A stretch of DNA of 64,000 nucleotides from positions 79,483-143,482 of IMG/VR virus record IMGVR_UViG_3300043812_000016; one strand, given 5' to 3'. The DNA is from a virus. Lineage: Duplodnaviria; Caudoviricetes. The first letter of the stretch is position 1. Each line of letters opens with the position of its first letter. The translations under genes and the position numbers were made by a program. The notes under the pieces were generated by a model. That model was not told the DNA's origin and ran no database searches. It was given only the letters and a program-made list of their open reading frames with translations. Positions 62,766-64,000 of this stretch are shown here, piece by piece.

Positions 62766-63479
62766 GTGGCTACAGACTTAAAATCACTAAGCTTAAAAGA
62801 GCTTTATAACAATAAGGCTATTTTTAGTAAGGTTATTGGACTAATGGAACAACAAATGAGCTATGATTATATCATTCGCTATTTAAATTCCAAAGGCTAT
62901 AAAATGGCTAAGGGAAACCTTACTAAACTCAAGAAACGAATTAAAGAATCACAAGAACAAAATATTCCATTAGAACAGTTAATGGATAAGCGAGAAAAGA
63001 ATTCTATTGATGATGTAGACAGTAATAAGATTGTTGGCTTTACTGGTAAAACTAATGAACTTAAAAGTCAAAGTCAACAACCAGTAGTAAGCAACTCTGC
63101 AACTGGTCCAGTAAGAAAGTTATATTCTGAGGATCAAGCCTTGGAAATGATTATTGACAAGGGTATAAAAACTATTGAGGAGTCTGAATTTATTGACCCT
63201 AAAACATTAATGAGTGCCCTAAGTCTTCATGCTAAATACTTCGGTAGCAGAACAAGAGGTTTGACTGCGGAAGCTCTTATGCAGTACCAATTAATTAAAG
63301 AGTCTGAAATGACTGCACTAAAGGAAATTTTTGTTCGATACATTCCTAAAGATAAACAAGAAGAAGCCTTAAATGAAATTGATAAGCGAGTAAACCAGAT
63401 TGTTAATCAGATTGGTGCAACTAAAGATGGTAAAGAATTAATTAGACAATTAAACAATGCTGGGTTAAGCTTAAACTAA
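62766..63479 (+). CDS. Conserved hypothetical helical protein
   Basis: AGGAGG SD; GTG start. Confidence 0.65.
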   Translation: MATDLKSLSLKELYNNKAIFSKVIGLMEQQMSYDYIIRYLNSKGYKMAKGNLTKLKKRIKESQEQNIPLEQLMDKREKNSIDDVDSNKIVGFTGKTNELKSQSQQPVVSNSATGPVRKLYSEDQALEMIIDKGIKTIEESEFIDPKTLMSALSLHAKYFGSRTRGLTAEALMQYQLIKESEMTALKEIFVRYIPKDKQEEALNEIDKRVNQIVNQIGATKDGKELIRQLNNAGLSLN

Positions 63480-63493
63480 AGGGGAGATTAATA

Positions 63494-63814
63494 ATGAAAT
63501 TTAATGCAATGAGACATAACACTAGCTACTATATGACTAGTATGGGTGATGTTACCGTACAAATTGTTCCAATTGAAAACTTTAGTGTAATTAAAGTGGA
63601 TAAAGATACTTACTTTATTCCATTCGGACTTGAAAATTATAAAGCACTAAGAAAGATGGGTAGTACTCAACTACATGAAACGTTAGAGAAGACGATTGCT
63701 GGTGCAGGTGTTTCTAAATATGGATATGATCGGGACTTACTAATCAGTAAGATTGAAGAGGTGGATGTAGAAGACTCTACGCTTAATGTGATCTTAGGGG
63801 TCCTTAGAAAATGA
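63494..63814 (+). CDS. Hypothetical protein
   Basis: GGGGAG SD. Confidence 0.6.
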   Translation: MKFNAMRHNTSYYMTSMGDVTVQIVPIENFSVIKVDKDTYFIPFGLENYKALRKMGSTQLHETLEKTIAGAGVSKYGYDRDLLISKIEEVDVEDSTLNVILGVLRK

Positions 63815-64000
63815 ATTGAAATCAATCTCAGATCATGTTTTAACCAAGAAACATTTAGTACAGTTAATCGACTTTATTTTTAATGCTGGGGATTTAACAC
63901 CAGACCAACATATTATTAATTACATCCTTGATTTAACACCGAAAGTAGTTAATAATAACATTAAAGCATATGCCATTCCTGCTCTATTGGACTTAATGAA
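63811..64000 (+). other. Probable start of a further gene, truncated by the window edge
   Basis: Coding-like frame (NQETFSTVNRLYF...) runs to the end; start not resolved. Confidence 0.3.

Noticed and set aside
1-64000. tRNA or rRNA genes
   Set aside because: No cloverleaf or T-loop signature seen in the intergenic gaps

Overview
This is a 64 kb, AT-rich segment of a large lytic myovirus with Herelleviridae (SPO1/Twort/K-like) gene content and order. Essentially all genes are on the + strand. The host is probably a Lactobacillaceae member (inferred from gene flavour, not proven). Order: two tape-measure-like proteins and an NlpC/P60 tail lysin; an inserted ~12 kb block (small early ORFs, two promoter-terminator-bounded sRNA candidates, three zinc-ribbon-repeat endonuclease-family genes, one fused to a Mom-like DNA-modifying domain, and a tail-tube gene split by an ORF-less group I intron); central spike and baseplate module; holin; DnaB, SbcC, primase, resolvase, HU, dNK, SSB, RecA and sigma factor; an Ig/FN3 decoration cluster with an IS607 remnant; a metallophosphoesterase and conserved hypotheticals. 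About 13 apparent frameshifts in essential genes are mostly single extra bases in short runs and are treated as sequencing errors. Best leads: (1) sRNAs antisense to the starts of neighbouring endonuclease genes; (2) a nuclease-Mom fusion; (3) an intron-split, relocated tail-tube gene; (4) split-FN3 'tag/catcher' proteins, including a TnpB-fragment chimera; (5) apparent CCWGG and GCWGC avoidance.
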